Shown one piece after another: positions 25,101 through 36,175 of a stretch of DNA of 64,000 nucleotides; the first letter of the stretch is position 1, and each line of letters opens with the position of its first letter. The DNA lies in contig JASANG010001329.1 of assembly GCA_030248215.1 (NCBI GenBank), positions 1 through 64,000 on the forward strand, written 5' to 3'. Under the pieces are notes generated by a model. It ran no database searches. It was not told the origin of the DNA and saw only the letters and a list, made by a program, of their open reading frames with translations. The translations under genes were made by a program, and so were the position numbers. The DNA comes from Enoplolaimus lenunculus. Its lineage: Eukaryota.

Positions 25101-28100
25101 TATTCCAGTAGGTGAAAATGCATTTTTCTGTTGACATCAATGCTATTACTTAAAAGTTTTTTCTGTGGGAATTGACACGTTCCAAACCTTTACAACTCAC
25201 AAGGCTTAGCGAGCATGTTTTAGTTCATGTCAGGTTCTTGTGTTATCTTAGTTCACGCCTGTAAGCGTTGGTGGAAAATTGGTGTTCAAGTTTGTGGAGG
25301 AATAGTTTGTTACGTTGTGACTGTGTCCTAAAATTAGTTTTCGTTATACAGCACAAGGCTTAAAATATAATTTTTTATGATTTTTAAGATTCAACCCCTA
25401 AATAGTAGTGCTTAGGCTTACGCTTAGGTTACAATTTTGTTACAAAATTAAAATGTTCAAATTACTGAAAATCAACCTGCAACGATACACTCCCTTATAT
25501 AATATCATGTGTACACTGTTGAAGCAAACGTTAAATAAACAACATTGGAACAATGTCAGATATAGTTTGTTACGTACAACTGGCCAAGATTTTTCGCAGC
25601 AGTAAAAATTTAGTATGTCCGGAAAATTTTCCTCGCCTTCTGTAGAAATGTGCCAGCTGCCTCTGCTAAGAATTCCTAGTGGCAGGACTGTAAATATTAT
25701 GCGGATGTTCATAGTGCAAATCGAGAAATACGGCGCCTCTGGTTAAACTCGTATAAATCTGGATAGTAATTATAAATAACGATTGTGTTTTTGAGTTTAG
25801 ACTTCATCCAACATTAATTTATCATCATCTGTGTTCGAGTCTTGTGTAGAACGCGAAACTGGTGTTTTGGAACGGGCTATAACCGATACTGGTATTTTTA
25901 TTATTTTGACATATCTTTTTTGATTTGTTCATTTGTATTTACACTTTTTGTCTTTTTTGCTATTGTGTTTGTATATATTCTGTACTGATGTAAGCTTTTT
26001 GTGCGTATCGATAAGCGTCATGATTTATCAAATGTCAGTGTGCCTAGTTGATTGCTTACAGCTGAATTTCAATTTTAGGCTTACATTTGGATTGGGATCC
26101 AGACGTTATGGCAGCTCTGGATGACGATTTTGATTATGAAGCTCCGGGCAATGAGCTTGAAGATGATTTTGTGGAACTTGCGAAAGGCGATAAAGACGCC
26201 AGTAACGATTCTGTGATGCAACCAGAAACTAACGAATCGAGTGAACAAACTATGCAAAGGTTAGTAAGTGGCGCAGTATTGGCATGATCTTAAGTTGAAA
26301 ATTTTGGTTACTATTACAGTTAAAAGTAAAACTCCTAAGTCAGGAAATTACAGTTCTAACATTTATGTGTGTAACTGCAGGGATCGACTGAATATCCGCT
26401 ATATCCGGTTAACATCCAGTTAAGGTGAAAAAATTACTATCCGGCTCACAAGATTCCGGTATTTAACAAAATTAATGTCCGGTAGAGTTTAACACATACC
26501 TTTGAGCTTTATGTTCGTACATTATGCCGAATTCTGATAATTGCACCTAGCTGCTTACAAATCATTGCTAATTTCGTTTTATCGCGTCAAATTGTAAGAA
26601 AGGTGATGTTACACCCTTTAAAATTAAATTGAAATATTGATATCAAAGTGATTGCCAAGTTCTAATTTGAAATTTGGACTTAATTTCGATCAAATGTCAC
26701 ATTATTGTACAAGAAATAAGACCAACTTATCTCTTGTTGCAGTTATCTGGGCTCTGTTTTTACCACTGATAATCAAGGAATTGTTAATCAAGCAGCTGTT
26801 ATTTTTATTTCAAGGTTTTTGAAAAGTATGCATCTTAGCGAAGAAAATTCAACAGAGATATCGCAGTTTGTTGCAAGCGATAGCTCATCAAATGAAAACA
26901 CCAATAGAACTATGCCAGCGCAAGTTAATGATAGTCAGGTATCTCGTTCTGATTCCGACTCATCGTGTTCTGAAGAAGGCAACATATCTACAGAGGGCCC
27001 CGAGATGGGAGTTATGTTGCCGGAGGTAAACGAATTAGAACACGATGGCTTTGAAACAAAATCACGGTTCACCGAGTATTCGCTAACCTCATCGGTAATG
27101 CATCGAACTATGGGACTTCAAATGGTCGACCAAATATTTGAAAAGGTTGGTTGTTTATGATAACTGAAACATTCTATTTCATTTAGGATTGATTTTCTAG
27201 TTTAAGTAACATATTAGCTTAATTGGTTAAGCCTAGATTAGGGCTTTTTAAATTGTTTCACTGATTATTAGGGTTACAAGTGATTTGATTTCAGCACTAA
27301 AGGGTTTTTGAGCGCAAAACTAACTACTAACTAATTTAGATATTAGCCATGCCAGCTATAGCAGATAGGTTGGGGAATATATCATTTTTATAAGTGTTTG
27401 TGCTGGGCATGAGACATTTAAATAGCATTTTGCAGTTGGAACACTTTCGAATTATTTAGCTACTCAACAATTAGTATGTAGTTGTGTAAGTTGTGACAAT
27501 AAGGCTAGTCTCTTATACCAACGGGTTTACTATACAATGAAGTGTTGCGGATCATAGTGTGCTAAGTTTTCGAAGAACTTAACTTTCCAAGTAAATGTGG
27601 TGTAGTGCTTATTTTCACTTAAAACGTGTGAACATGCGTTATAAGCTTGCAAGTTCAACTGGGCAAGTAGAAAAAGGTAAATTGTTCTTTATAAGCTTGG
27701 CTGTTTAACTAGACTGATTAAAAAAGTAAGTATGTTTAAACTGCACTCAATATAATATGTAGTTTTTTTCAACTACGAGTGTTTAATTTTATTTTCAGGT
27801 TTAGTCGGGTGTTTGACTATAACGGGCTAAAAACTGCAGATTTTTACGATACGTAACAACACGTTACGTCAGTTTAGACAACATCATGTACCAGCCAGAT
27901 CTAATGATTTTGTACATTTTGTTAGCTTTGGCCATTTTTTGCGGTGATTGGCAGTTTTATCCACTTGGACCCAAGTGTCACCTAGAGTTTTAGTTAAATA
28001 CGGACGCCAACCGTCATAGTTAACAGACATTAGGTGCAAACCTTCTGCTTTAATTGTATATAAGCCTAGAATAATGCAATTTGATAGGCGTATTGTATTT

Positions 28101-30310
28101 TTGATTATTGCAGTTCTATGAACAATATGACGATGAAGAAATTGGCGAGTTGGACGATGACTTTTTGCCAGAACCTATTCAAGGTCATGAGGATCCAAAT
28201 TCTAACCGGATTGCAAGTCTTTGTGAGCAATTTAAAAACGTCGAATCAATCTCGAGGTAAAAACCAAAATTTCTCAGCCGTTCATTAGCTAGAGCCTAAT
28301 TTGAATCAAAGGTTTTTGGGTACGTGGAATCTGAATTTAACGTTTATAGGTCTTCAAAACAAGTAAGTGTATAGCATATTTTAAGGTTACAAGTGAGTTG
28401 ATTTTAGTACTAAAGCGTTTTTTGGTGCGAATAATTTGAACAAATTGTTATAAATACAAATAAAACAGATAAATAATTAGGTAGCTACTAACTAACTTCA
28501 AATTTCGCACTCCATGAGCTCGAGACTTACCGGACAGCGATTCCACAGATCAATGGCGAAGCTTCCTGGGTTGACACGCAATTTCTGTTTTCAAAATCAT
28601 CTGTTGTGTTTGCGCAAAATCATCTGCGCTAACGTTCGGTGTCTGCTAGATGTTACTTTCTAAGCTTTCTATTGCCTAACGCAATCATGAAGCACCCCAC
28701 CCTTGTTTTATTATGTTGTGTTTGCTGTCTTTAGTTTTGACATTCTTGATAACTCTTAGATTATTATACATTCTAACCCTGTAGTTTGCATTGGTCTTTT
28801 TGTTTTCTATAGGTTTGCAGTACCCGAGCCTCAAGCGGATCAAGCGGAGCTATCTAAACAACTCAGTGAGCGCCAAGTGGAAGAAATGTGTCAAGTCATG
28901 GTCGACGAAGAAAACGCAGGGAAACAAGATAAATGGGATTGCGAATCAGTTTTGTGTAAGGTCGAATTGGGTAGCAAAGTACACTGGGTCGGGCTACTCG
29001 GTATTTCTAATTATTCGTGATAGTTTTATATTTTTAATGTATCCCATGGTTGCGTGCAAGCATTTCAACATTTTTTGCGGTAGAAAGATAAATTTAGTAC
29101 TGTGTTGACACGACTGTACTGGAGTTTTTTCGGTGAATTAAAACCAAGGTCACTTTATGTACTATGTCAGATCGATGATTGTAGAGTCCCCCTCATTTAT
29201 ACTTGGCATAAAAAGGCTTACCTGTGCCTGAGGGTATTGTGGAGAAAAGTGTGCAATAGCTGTAAAATGCAGTAATAACAGGCGCAACCGCGATTACTAA
29301 GTACTTGATTCTGACCGTGACTGTATGACTTTCATTGTTTGTATTTCAGCAACATACTCCAATATGTATAATCATCCAACCCTAATCAAAGAAGCGCCCA
29401 CCGGAAACGGTAAACGTCGAAAAAGTCTAAATCAAGCTCCTGCTCTTCAAGTCAATCCTAAAACTGGTTTGCCAGTTGGGGTGCTGAGGTCTAAAACTTT
29501 GCCAGTGGAACAGCTGAACTTAGAAAGTGAAGTCCCACCCTCAGGTTTTGATCAGCGCACAATGGCAACTGGTATTTCTGGAAAAAGTCAAGCATCAACG
29601 TTTAGGCCGAAAAACGAATCGCTGGGAGACAAGAAAGTTCGGAAAAATGCAGTGAAGGAAGAGAGAAAGGTAAGCTATTACGTTTGTGTTGTTTTTAAGG
29701 GGTGAAATTAACAAACATTGAAGCGTTTTGGTAATGTGAGAATAGTACCGTTTTTTGAAATTTAAGCATTGCAATAGCCGATCCTAGCGATTAAATGACC
29801 GAATAAATTTTAAATTTTGATTTCGGGGTATGCGTGTTAGCAATGTCTATCGACTTAGTACAGCACTAAAATTTGCTATTTCACGTCTTTTCGACATTGT
29901 GCTCATATACAAGTTAACGTAGAATATGTATTTCGATTATTTTTGGAAACCCAACTTCGGGCTGTGTTGAAAATCTTTGTGAACTTAGTGGAGGTATTAT
30001 GTGTTGTAGCAGAGGTGCCATTGCGATATGCATCTTGACTGTTTTATTTCACACACATTACAAATTATTTATTAGTACCAAATTTCGAATGAACTAACAA
30101 TTCGGGCAAAACGGTGATGTGATGTAAACCCTGATGTTCCCTATTTTCTTGAAAGTGATCGGTAATTATAATTGCGTAGAACAATTTCTTTTTCAGCAGC
30201 GGAGAATCGAAAAGAAAGCTAACAAGATAGCATTTAAAGAAGAGTCAATGAGACTAACTGCGGAACGTTTAAATGTTGCCTCGAACTTGTCTGGTGTTAA
30301 ACTTTTATGA
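16198..30310 (+). CDS. LTV1: Protein LTV1 homolog (40S biogenesis factor); coding exons 16198-16200, 16601-16744, 24657-24755, 25033-25107, 25801-25891, 26079-26259, 26815-27145, 28114-28256, 28813-28955, 29350-29669, 30197-30310
   Basis: Motifs in order: KKKFIEKKKAVTFNLVHRSQRDPL, YGIFFDDDYDYLQHLRD, DWDPDVMAALDDDFDY..NELEDDFV, ETKSRFTEYSLTSSVM, YDDEEIGELD, KWDCESVLSTYSNMYNHP, KKVRKNAVKEERKQRRIEKKANK.AFKEE. All junctions GT-AG with matching phases; AATAAA near 30524. Confidence 0.96.
16273..16346 (-). pseudogene. Degenerate tRNA-Val-like sequence (anticodon GAC) or SINE head in LTV1 intron 1
   Basis: Minus strand GGGCTACGTGACCCAGTGGTAACAGCGTTTGC-CTGACAC-GCAGAAGGTCGCTAGTTCGGAACCACCGGTAACCC followed by GCTTTT. 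Anticodon stem pairs; D and T stems are defective. Confidence 0.65.
18212..19655 (+). mobile_element. 5'-truncated non-LTR retrotransposon fragment (RNase H plus C-terminal zinc motif; I/R1/LOA group) with an internal 366-bp tandem duplication
   Basis: YTDGS, SVFQTEILAI, IISDSQAAL, WVPGH..GNDLADELA (RNase H); LSGHC..HL...CSEC..ETAEHFLC.C; frameshift near 18640; (ATCT)n tail at about 19637-19650. Confidence 0.88.
20591..20816. mobile_element. hAT-type MITE with (GAATCC)n subterminal repeats inserted into the transposase; relative at 38992-39362
   Basis: CAGGATGGCATC ... GTTGCCACCTG; TSD GTGTGAGC/GTTTGAGC. Confidence 0.7.
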
Positions 30311-30555
30311 TAAAGCGAACGTTTTATATTTAATCGCGGTTTGGCACGCTAATAGTAGGACAAGACTTGAAACGTGAGTCTTGTTTTGGCATTAAATCAA
30401 TGTCAAATTAAGGTCTATCACTTAATTTTTGTAAAATGCTCCCGTATCTTTAGCACATTTTTTAAATTTAATGGGCGGAAAATGTTCAAAAGAAACTTTT
30501 GTCAGCGCTAAAACATTGTGAAAATAAATAGCGTGCTTCGTCGTACCCCAGTGTT

Positions 30556-30726
30556 GGTCCATGTATACAACAGGGCCGGAACAGTAGTATAAGCATATTC
30601 CTAAGCCTAAATCTAAGCGTATGGATGAGCCTATTCCTAAGCCTAAGCAAAAAATAGTCTAAAGCTTAAACTGACTCTATTATAGCACCTCCGGAAAACG
30701 ATACGGTCCTGTTCTATACATGGGTC
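30556..30726. mobile_element. Same telomeric-repeat MITE family, just upstream of the LINE
   Basis: GGTCCATGTATACAACAGGGCCGGAAC ... CGGTCCTGTTCTATACATGGGTC; CCTAAG repeats; degenerate TSD. Confidence 0.75.
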
Positions 30727-30811
30727 TTAGTATTGATAATATGTTTTGTTTTTCATTGGTTTGAGAATATTATCAATATCAGGGCATTAATATTTACTTT
30801 TATATTAAATA

Positions 30812-32584
30812 ATGCCTACAACCAGTGATCACGATGTCATTGGTATTGCTGGAGGCGGCAGTATTTTGTCGGAGGAGACTTCCACCTTAACTGATCAACC
30901 ACAAACCCCAATGGACACGGCAGCAATTGATCACAATCAGGATTACGACGTCGAGGGTAATAATGATGCAAATGAATTAAAAGGGGACTATGCGAACTTA
31001 TTACGGTCTAGAACACTCTATGTAACTAATCTTAAATATCATGGTCTTAATAACTTAACGTGCGTAGAAGTGCTGAACGCTGTTAATAAGGTTTTCACTG
31101 TCCAGGGTGGTGAGAAGTTTAGTAATAGTGTTAAAATTATTTTCCCATCCAAGGACATTGCATCTATAGCAGCGGGTAAATCAATTAAAATTGGGGACTC
31201 GGAGGTAATTCTAGAAATTCCTCGCGACGCAACATTGCAATCTCCTTTTATTGTTCGAACTTTACATCTATATGGCGTCCCCTTTGAAGTTCCGGATAAA
31301 GCGCTACAGTCGTTCTTAGCTGCTCAAAATATTCAGTGCTTGCAACCTGGTCGTTTCATCAAGCATCGAGGAAGTGAATACATCTCAAGTGGTCGAAGTT
31401 TCTTAGTCCAGATCCGCCGCGACTATAAAATACCTCCTCGGCTCCAATGGTGCGATCCTCATTTTAGGCGCGGATATATTATAATTCGGGCATGGTACCC
31501 GGGTATGGGTCGGTATTGCAAATCATGTTATAAATTTGGACATGAACAATTAGATTGTGTTGATTTTCCTGCTTTGAACAACACTGAAGTGGACACGAAC
31601 TCAGCTAAACAACAACAAGAAGAGCAAGAACCCAAACAACAGTCACAACAACAGCAGCAACAGAAACAACAAATACAACAACAACAATTACAACAACAAC
31701 GGCAACAAATGAAAGCCGGGATAGACAAGGATCGCAGCAAGTTAAATACAAACAAGCAGTTTCTTGATATCAGTAACTTTATTATGGGGTTAATCAAAAA
31801 TATTCAGTCCAGCATTAACAATGATATTATTGTGAGAGAACCATTAGCTTTAGTCATCAATGGAAAGCTGGATTTGACTAAACTGCCAGAATCCGGGAAA
31901 TCTTTTCTCAATTTTTCTGCTTGGTATAGATATTTGCATTTGAAACGATCGATGTCTCCGCCATTTCACCCTGAGGGTGAAGACGTTAAAACATTTTTTG
32001 ATTCGAAACATCCAAGCAATTATCGTCTCTCGAATTTCCATGTTGACAATCCAGTATCTGTTTGGGGCGAGTCTTTCTCATCTCCTGAAAAATTTGTCGC
32101 AGTGTGGAAGGCGAGATTCAGTGGTCGCAAAGATATCGAAGAGAAGGTTTGGGGAACAGACGATCCTAAATCAATAAAATTTTTACATAGTCAGATAGTT
32201 TGGCCGGGCACAACGTTACATTATTTGTGTATCGTTTTCGAATTAATTTATACGATTTGTTTTGCACGAGCACAACAATGTGATGTGATTGGGCGCACAC
32301 TATTGTCAACAGAGGGTCTATTGGTTGAGACTGTACCTGGGCCGGGGCCTTGGAGCTGCGGCCGTGGACACTCTGATAATCGAGCTCAAAATAGAGTTAC
32401 CTGGCGTCCTGGCAGTTTAAACTTAAATGGTGACTGTCAGACTCTTGTGCGAGAACACATTATGTTACGAAAGGTGAGAACAGTAAGCACATCGTCTGAT
32501 ATATCTTCTCGCGTTACAGGTGTTAAGCGGTTGTATGAAGAGTCAGATGTGATTAGTGGCAAAAAGCCAAACATTGCAATGTGA
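30812..32584 (+). CDS. LINE ORF1: RRM-like region, CCHC zinc knuckle, poly-Q tract and C-terminal NADAR/YbiA-like domain
   Basis: TLYVTNL and TLHLYGVPFEVPDKAL (Tx1/L1 ORF1 RRM-type); CKSCYKFGHEQLDC knuckle; Q-rich run; then FF...LSNFH...G..FSSPE...KA...LLST..LLVE...W..G...N.NG...VRE. Confidence 0.85.
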   Translation: MPTTSDHDVIGIAGGGSILSEETSTLTDQPQTPMDTAAIDHNQDYDVEGNNDANELKGDYANLLRSRTLYVTNLKYHGLNNLTCVEVLNAVNKVFTVQGGEKFSNSVKIIFPSKDIASIAAGKSIKIGDSEVILEIPRDATLQSPFIVRTLHLYGVPFEVPDKALQSFLAAQNIQCLQPGRFIKHRGSEYISSGRSFLVQIRRDYKIPPRLQWCDPHFRRGYIIIRAWYPGMGRYCKSCYKFGHEQLDCVDFPALNNTEVDTNSAKQQQEEQEPKQQSQQQQQQKQQIQQQQLQQQRQQMKAGIDKDRSKLNTNKQFLDISNFIMGLIKNIQSSINNDIIVREPLALVINGKLDLTKLPESGKSFLNFSAWYRYLHLKRSMSPPFHPEGEDVKTFFDSKHPSNYRLSNFHVDNPVSVWGESFSSPEKFVAVWKARFSGRKDIEEKVWGTDDPKSIKFLHSQIVWPGTTLHYLCIVFELIYTICFARAQQCDVIGRTLLSTEGLLVETVPGPGPWSCGRGHSDNRAQNRVTWRPGSLNLNGDCQTLVREHIMLRKVRTVSTSSDISSRVTGVKRLYEESDVISGKKPNIAM

Positions 32585-32638
32585 ACGTGCATTTTTTTTT
32601 GTTTTACATGCCTTAAATTGATATGAAAGAGAGTCAAT

Positions 32639-35600
32639 ATGGATCTGCCAAATTTCTTTTCTTTTTCCAGTTTAAATTGCAGATCCATTAAGCATTTTCG
32701 AAAAGTGTCGATAGTTTTTGAAAGGATAAAAGATTTGGATTTGATTTGTCTGCAAGAGACACATTTTAAAAACAATTGGGATGCAGAGATTTTTGATAGA
32801 ATTTTTTCACGCAATTTTAAAATATTTCACAGTTTCGCAAGCGAGGAGAATAGTAAAACAGGGGTAACGGTCCTTATAAATAGGACAGCTCCTGTTGGTC
32901 AAATTGAAAACATTTTTAATATTCAGGGTAGGGCGGTCACGATTGCTTTTAGTATTGGCTCTCTTTCTTTTTTCTTAATTGGTATTTATGCTCCCGCGAA
33001 CGGCGAGCAGCGAGTAGTTTTTTTCAACCAGCTGATGCAACAAGTGCAAAATTCGTTTTGGTTTGATTATAAATGTGTTATTATGTTGGGTGATTTTAAC
33101 TTAGTTGAGGACCCGGTTTTGGACCGATCACGGCCGTCATATGATCAGCAGCAAGGCCTGAGAGAGCTTTATTGTTTGAAGGAACTGTTGGTGATATCTG
33201 ATGTTTTTAGGGAGACACATCCAAATAAAAACGACTTTTTTACTTTTCTTTCAGACATTCATGGAAGTCAGTCTCGTATAGATCGGATTTATATGCCGGC
33301 TTTTTTACAACCGGGCGCTTTGTGTACCGCTCGCGCAGTGAACAAGACAGATCATAGGTTGTTTAGAGTTAAGATTCGCTTACCTAATTTAAAGAGAGGT
33401 AAAGGATACTATAAGATGAATACAATGCTTTTGGGTGAAGTCGGCGTACAGACCTTTGTTTTAACGCGGCTCAACCATTTAATGAACATTTCCACAGGGT
33501 TTTCTATGATGTGGGAAGTATTTAAGGCTGATGTTAAAACCTTCTTTGTAAAGTTGGGTAAAAATAAAGCTAAGGAACGCGACATGTTGAGGAAATCATT
33601 AGAGAGCCAAGTTATTAATGTACAAATGCTGATAGGACAGTATCCAAACAATCCGAATCTCAGATCGGGTCTTAAAAAGCTAAAAAATGAAATCGAATTA
33701 TTGAATGCATTTTATATTGCTTCTTGCAGGCATAATACGTACTACGGTAGTGAGGTAAATGACAACGCCTCTTTAGCAACAGTCAAGTCTCTTCAACGTA
33801 AGAGCTGGGAAGCCAGGCATATAAGCTCGATCGAAAGGTCTGATGGCACGTTAGTAACAGACTCAGATGCAGTTCTAGGTGAAATTACTGAGCAGTATTC
33901 CAACGTATTCAGATCGGAAGGGATAAGCGGAGAAGATCTCACTTTTTTTCTGGCACAAAATGGTCTTTCCAAGTTGAGTGAGGTGGAAAAAAATACTTTA
34001 GAGGGACCCATTACGTCAGTTGAAATAGCGAGCGCTATTAAATCTATGCAGGGTAAAAAGACGCCGGGATACGATGGTATTCCTGTTGAATTCTATTGGC
34101 TGTTTTGTGGAATATTATCTGAATTTTTGTGTAAAATGTATAACGCGTTCTTGGATGATTTTAAGCTCAATTTCTCCGCATATGATGGTGTTATTACCCT
34201 ATTATATAAAGGGAATGGAAGGAAAACGTGTCGCGATAATTGGCGGCCAATTACGTTGCTGAATATAGATTATAAGATTTTTACGAAAGTTTTGGCAAAA
34301 AGATTAGAATCGGTCATGAAATCTTTAGTCCACCCGGATCAGACAAGCTCGGTTCCCGACAGAATTATCCAAGACAGTGTTGCACATGTCATGTCTGTTA
34401 TTCATTATGCCAATGAAAGCAACGCAAAGGCGTTGCTGCTATCAGTTGATCACAAAGCCGCTTTTGATTTGGTGGAGTGGTCATTTATTTTTGAGACACT
34501 TAGGGTCATGAATTTTGGCGAAAACTTTTTAAACATGATCAAATGTATTTATAAACCCGGATGTACAAGATCATCTGTTATAGTTAATGGTTTTAAGTCA
34601 GAATTTTTTCATGTTTTCCGTGGAATTCGACAAGGGTGTCCCTTATCGCCGTCATTATATGTCATAACAGCGGAAGTGGTAGCTCATTATCTTCGAATAA
34701 CTTCAAGAATTTCGGGGATACCACTATACGGCATTAACACCCGAGTGACTAAGTTTGCCGACGACACTAATATTTTTCTAAGTAGGATTTCAGATATAAG
34801 TGTGGTTTTTGATGTTTTTGAAAAACTTCAAAAGGCCTCTGGCAGCCGACTAAAGGAAACTAAAACACAGATACTATTAATGGGCGATCTAAGGAACGCA
34901 CTTGTACCCCATCAATATGCACGCTTTATTGTTGAAAGAGTGAAAATTTATGGCCTTTGGTTTGATTCAAAGGGACTCGATGTTCCTGAAAATTGGATAA
35001 AGTGCTATGAAGCAATTGCAAGTCTTGAACAGCGAATACCGCCCCGAGGTATCTCTGTTTTTGGAAAAATCCATCTTGTTCACATTTATTTTTTGTGTAT
35101 GTTTAATTATTTGATAAAATTAGTAACACCCCCTGAGCAACTAGTGAAGGAAACTATCAATGTGGTTTATAAGTGGTTGTGGTACCCGTCCACCGCTAGT
35201 ATTATTAGAAGGGATATCCTGTTTTTACAACCTAGTCACGGCGGGATAAATTTCCCAAATATTTTTGTCAGACTGAAAGTTAATCGTTTAATGTTTTATA
35301 TTCGAATATTAAGAGGTACCGAAGTTGTGAGTTGGAAGAGATGTTTCGAACATTTCTTTCGGCAAGTTCAGTTTTCGACTAAACGTCAACTGAGACGCAT
35401 TGATGTACCGGAGTTATATAAAGAGATACGGATTGCAATGATTGAGTCATCTTTTAAAATGGATGGAAATTTTTGTTGGTTTTTTGGCGAAAAGTTATCC
35501 TTAAAAACAGTGTCGGCAAATAAATTGTATAAAATGTGGATACACGCTGTGTATAAGGGACTCATGCATCCTAAACATGTTTTTTGGCGAGACGAGCTAG

Positions 35601-36175
35601 GAGTTGAACCTATTTTTGTCGAGCGATCATGGATATGGGCAAAAGCGAAATATGTTGACGGCTCTGCGCGAGACGTCCATTTTAGGTTAAGACACAAGTC
35701 ATTGTATACTAATCACCGCACTAGTCATTTTACAGATGGGACAAATATATGTTCGTTTTGTTATTTGGATGGAATTGAAGTGCGGGAGGATAATGTTCAT
35801 GTGTTTATTTATTGTTTGCGGGCGCAAGAAATTAGTTTTTTCATTACTCCCGTTTTGCAACAGGTAGCTGGAGTAAATGAAATAACGATTTCGGATTTAA
35901 TTTTGGGACGAAATATTCACGACCCATTAAAGAGAATAGCTTTTAATTTCATCGTCCAACATGCACAATTGGCAATATGGAGTGCTCGATGTAAACTCGA
36001 GTTTAACAATGAAAATGTCTGTGTTGTTGATGTTTTTCAGGAAAATGTTTATAGAAATTTGTGCAAACTTAAGCTGTATCTAAAAGAAGAATGTTTTTTT
36101 AAGGTTTTTGGAACAATAACCCGACAGAATGATAGCATGCTGGGTTTTCGAATGTCTTTTTCTCAGCGTACCTGA
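32639..36175 (+). CDS. LINE ORF2: APE endonuclease, reverse transcriptase and C-terminal cysteine-rich motif
   Basis: SLNCRS, ICLQETH, GIYAP, MLGDFN, SRIDRIY, TDH (APE); KTPGYDGIPVEFY, NWRPITLLNIDYKIF, DHKAAFD, GIRQGCPLSP, FADD (RT); CSFC..EDNVHVFIYC. Confidence 0.97.
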   Translation: MDLPNFFSFSSLNCRSIKHFRKVSIVFERIKDLDLICLQETHFKNNWDAEIFDRIFSRNFKIFHSFASEENSKTGVTVLINRTAPVGQIENIFNIQGRAVTIAFSIGSLSFFLIGIYAPANGEQRVVFFNQLMQQVQNSFWFDYKCVIMLGDFNLVEDPVLDRSRPSYDQQQGLRELYCLKELLVISDVFRETHPNKNDFFTFLSDIHGSQSRIDRIYMPAFLQPGALCTARAVNKTDHRLFRVKIRLPNLKRGKGYYKMNTMLLGEVGVQTFVLTRLNHLMNISTGFSMMWEVFKADVKTFFVKLGKNKAKERDMLRKSLESQVINVQMLIGQYPNNPNLRSGLKKLKNEIELLNAFYIASCRHNTYYGSEVNDNASLATVKSLQRKSWEARHISSIERSDGTLVTDSDAVLGEITEQYSNVFRSEGISGEDLTFFLAQNGLSKLSEVEKNTLEGPITSVEIASAIKSMQGKKTPGYDGIPVEFYWLFCGILSEFLCKMYNAFLDDFKLNFSAYDGVITLLYKGNGRKTCRDNWRPITLLNIDYKIFTKVLAKRLESVMKSLVHPDQTSSVPDRIIQDSVAHVMSVIHYANESNAKALLLSVDHKAAFDLVEWSFIFETLRVMNFGENFLNMIKCIYKPGCTRSSVIVNGFKSEFFHVFRGIRQGCPLSPSLYVITAEVVAHYLRITSRISGIPLYGINTRVTKFADDTNIFLSRISDISVVFDVFEKLQKASGSRLKETKTQILLMGDLRNALVPHQYARFIVERVKIYGLWFDSKGLDVPENWIKCYEAIASLEQRIPPRGISVFGKIHLVHIYFLCMFNYLIKLVTPPEQLVKETINVVYKWLWYPSTASIIRRDILFLQPSHGGINFPNIFVRLKVNRLMFYIRILRGTEVVSWKRCFEHFFRQVQFSTKRQLRRIDVPELYKEIRIAMIESSFKMDGNFCWFFGEKLSLKTVSANKLYKMWIHAVYKGLMHPKHVFWRDELGVEPIFVERSWIWAKAKYVDGSARDVHFRLRHKSLYTNHRTSHFTDGTNICSFCYLDGIEVREDNVHVFIYCLRAQEISFFITPVLQQVAGVNEITISDLILGRNIHDPLKRIAFNFIVQHAQLAIWSARCKLEFNNENVCVVDVFQENVYRNLCKLKLYLKEECFFKVFGTITRQNDSMLGFRMSFSQRT

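Noticed and set aside
31528..31797. Cys-rich minus-strand ORF
   Set aside because: Antisense reading of the (CAA/CAG)n poly-Q tract in LINE ORF1
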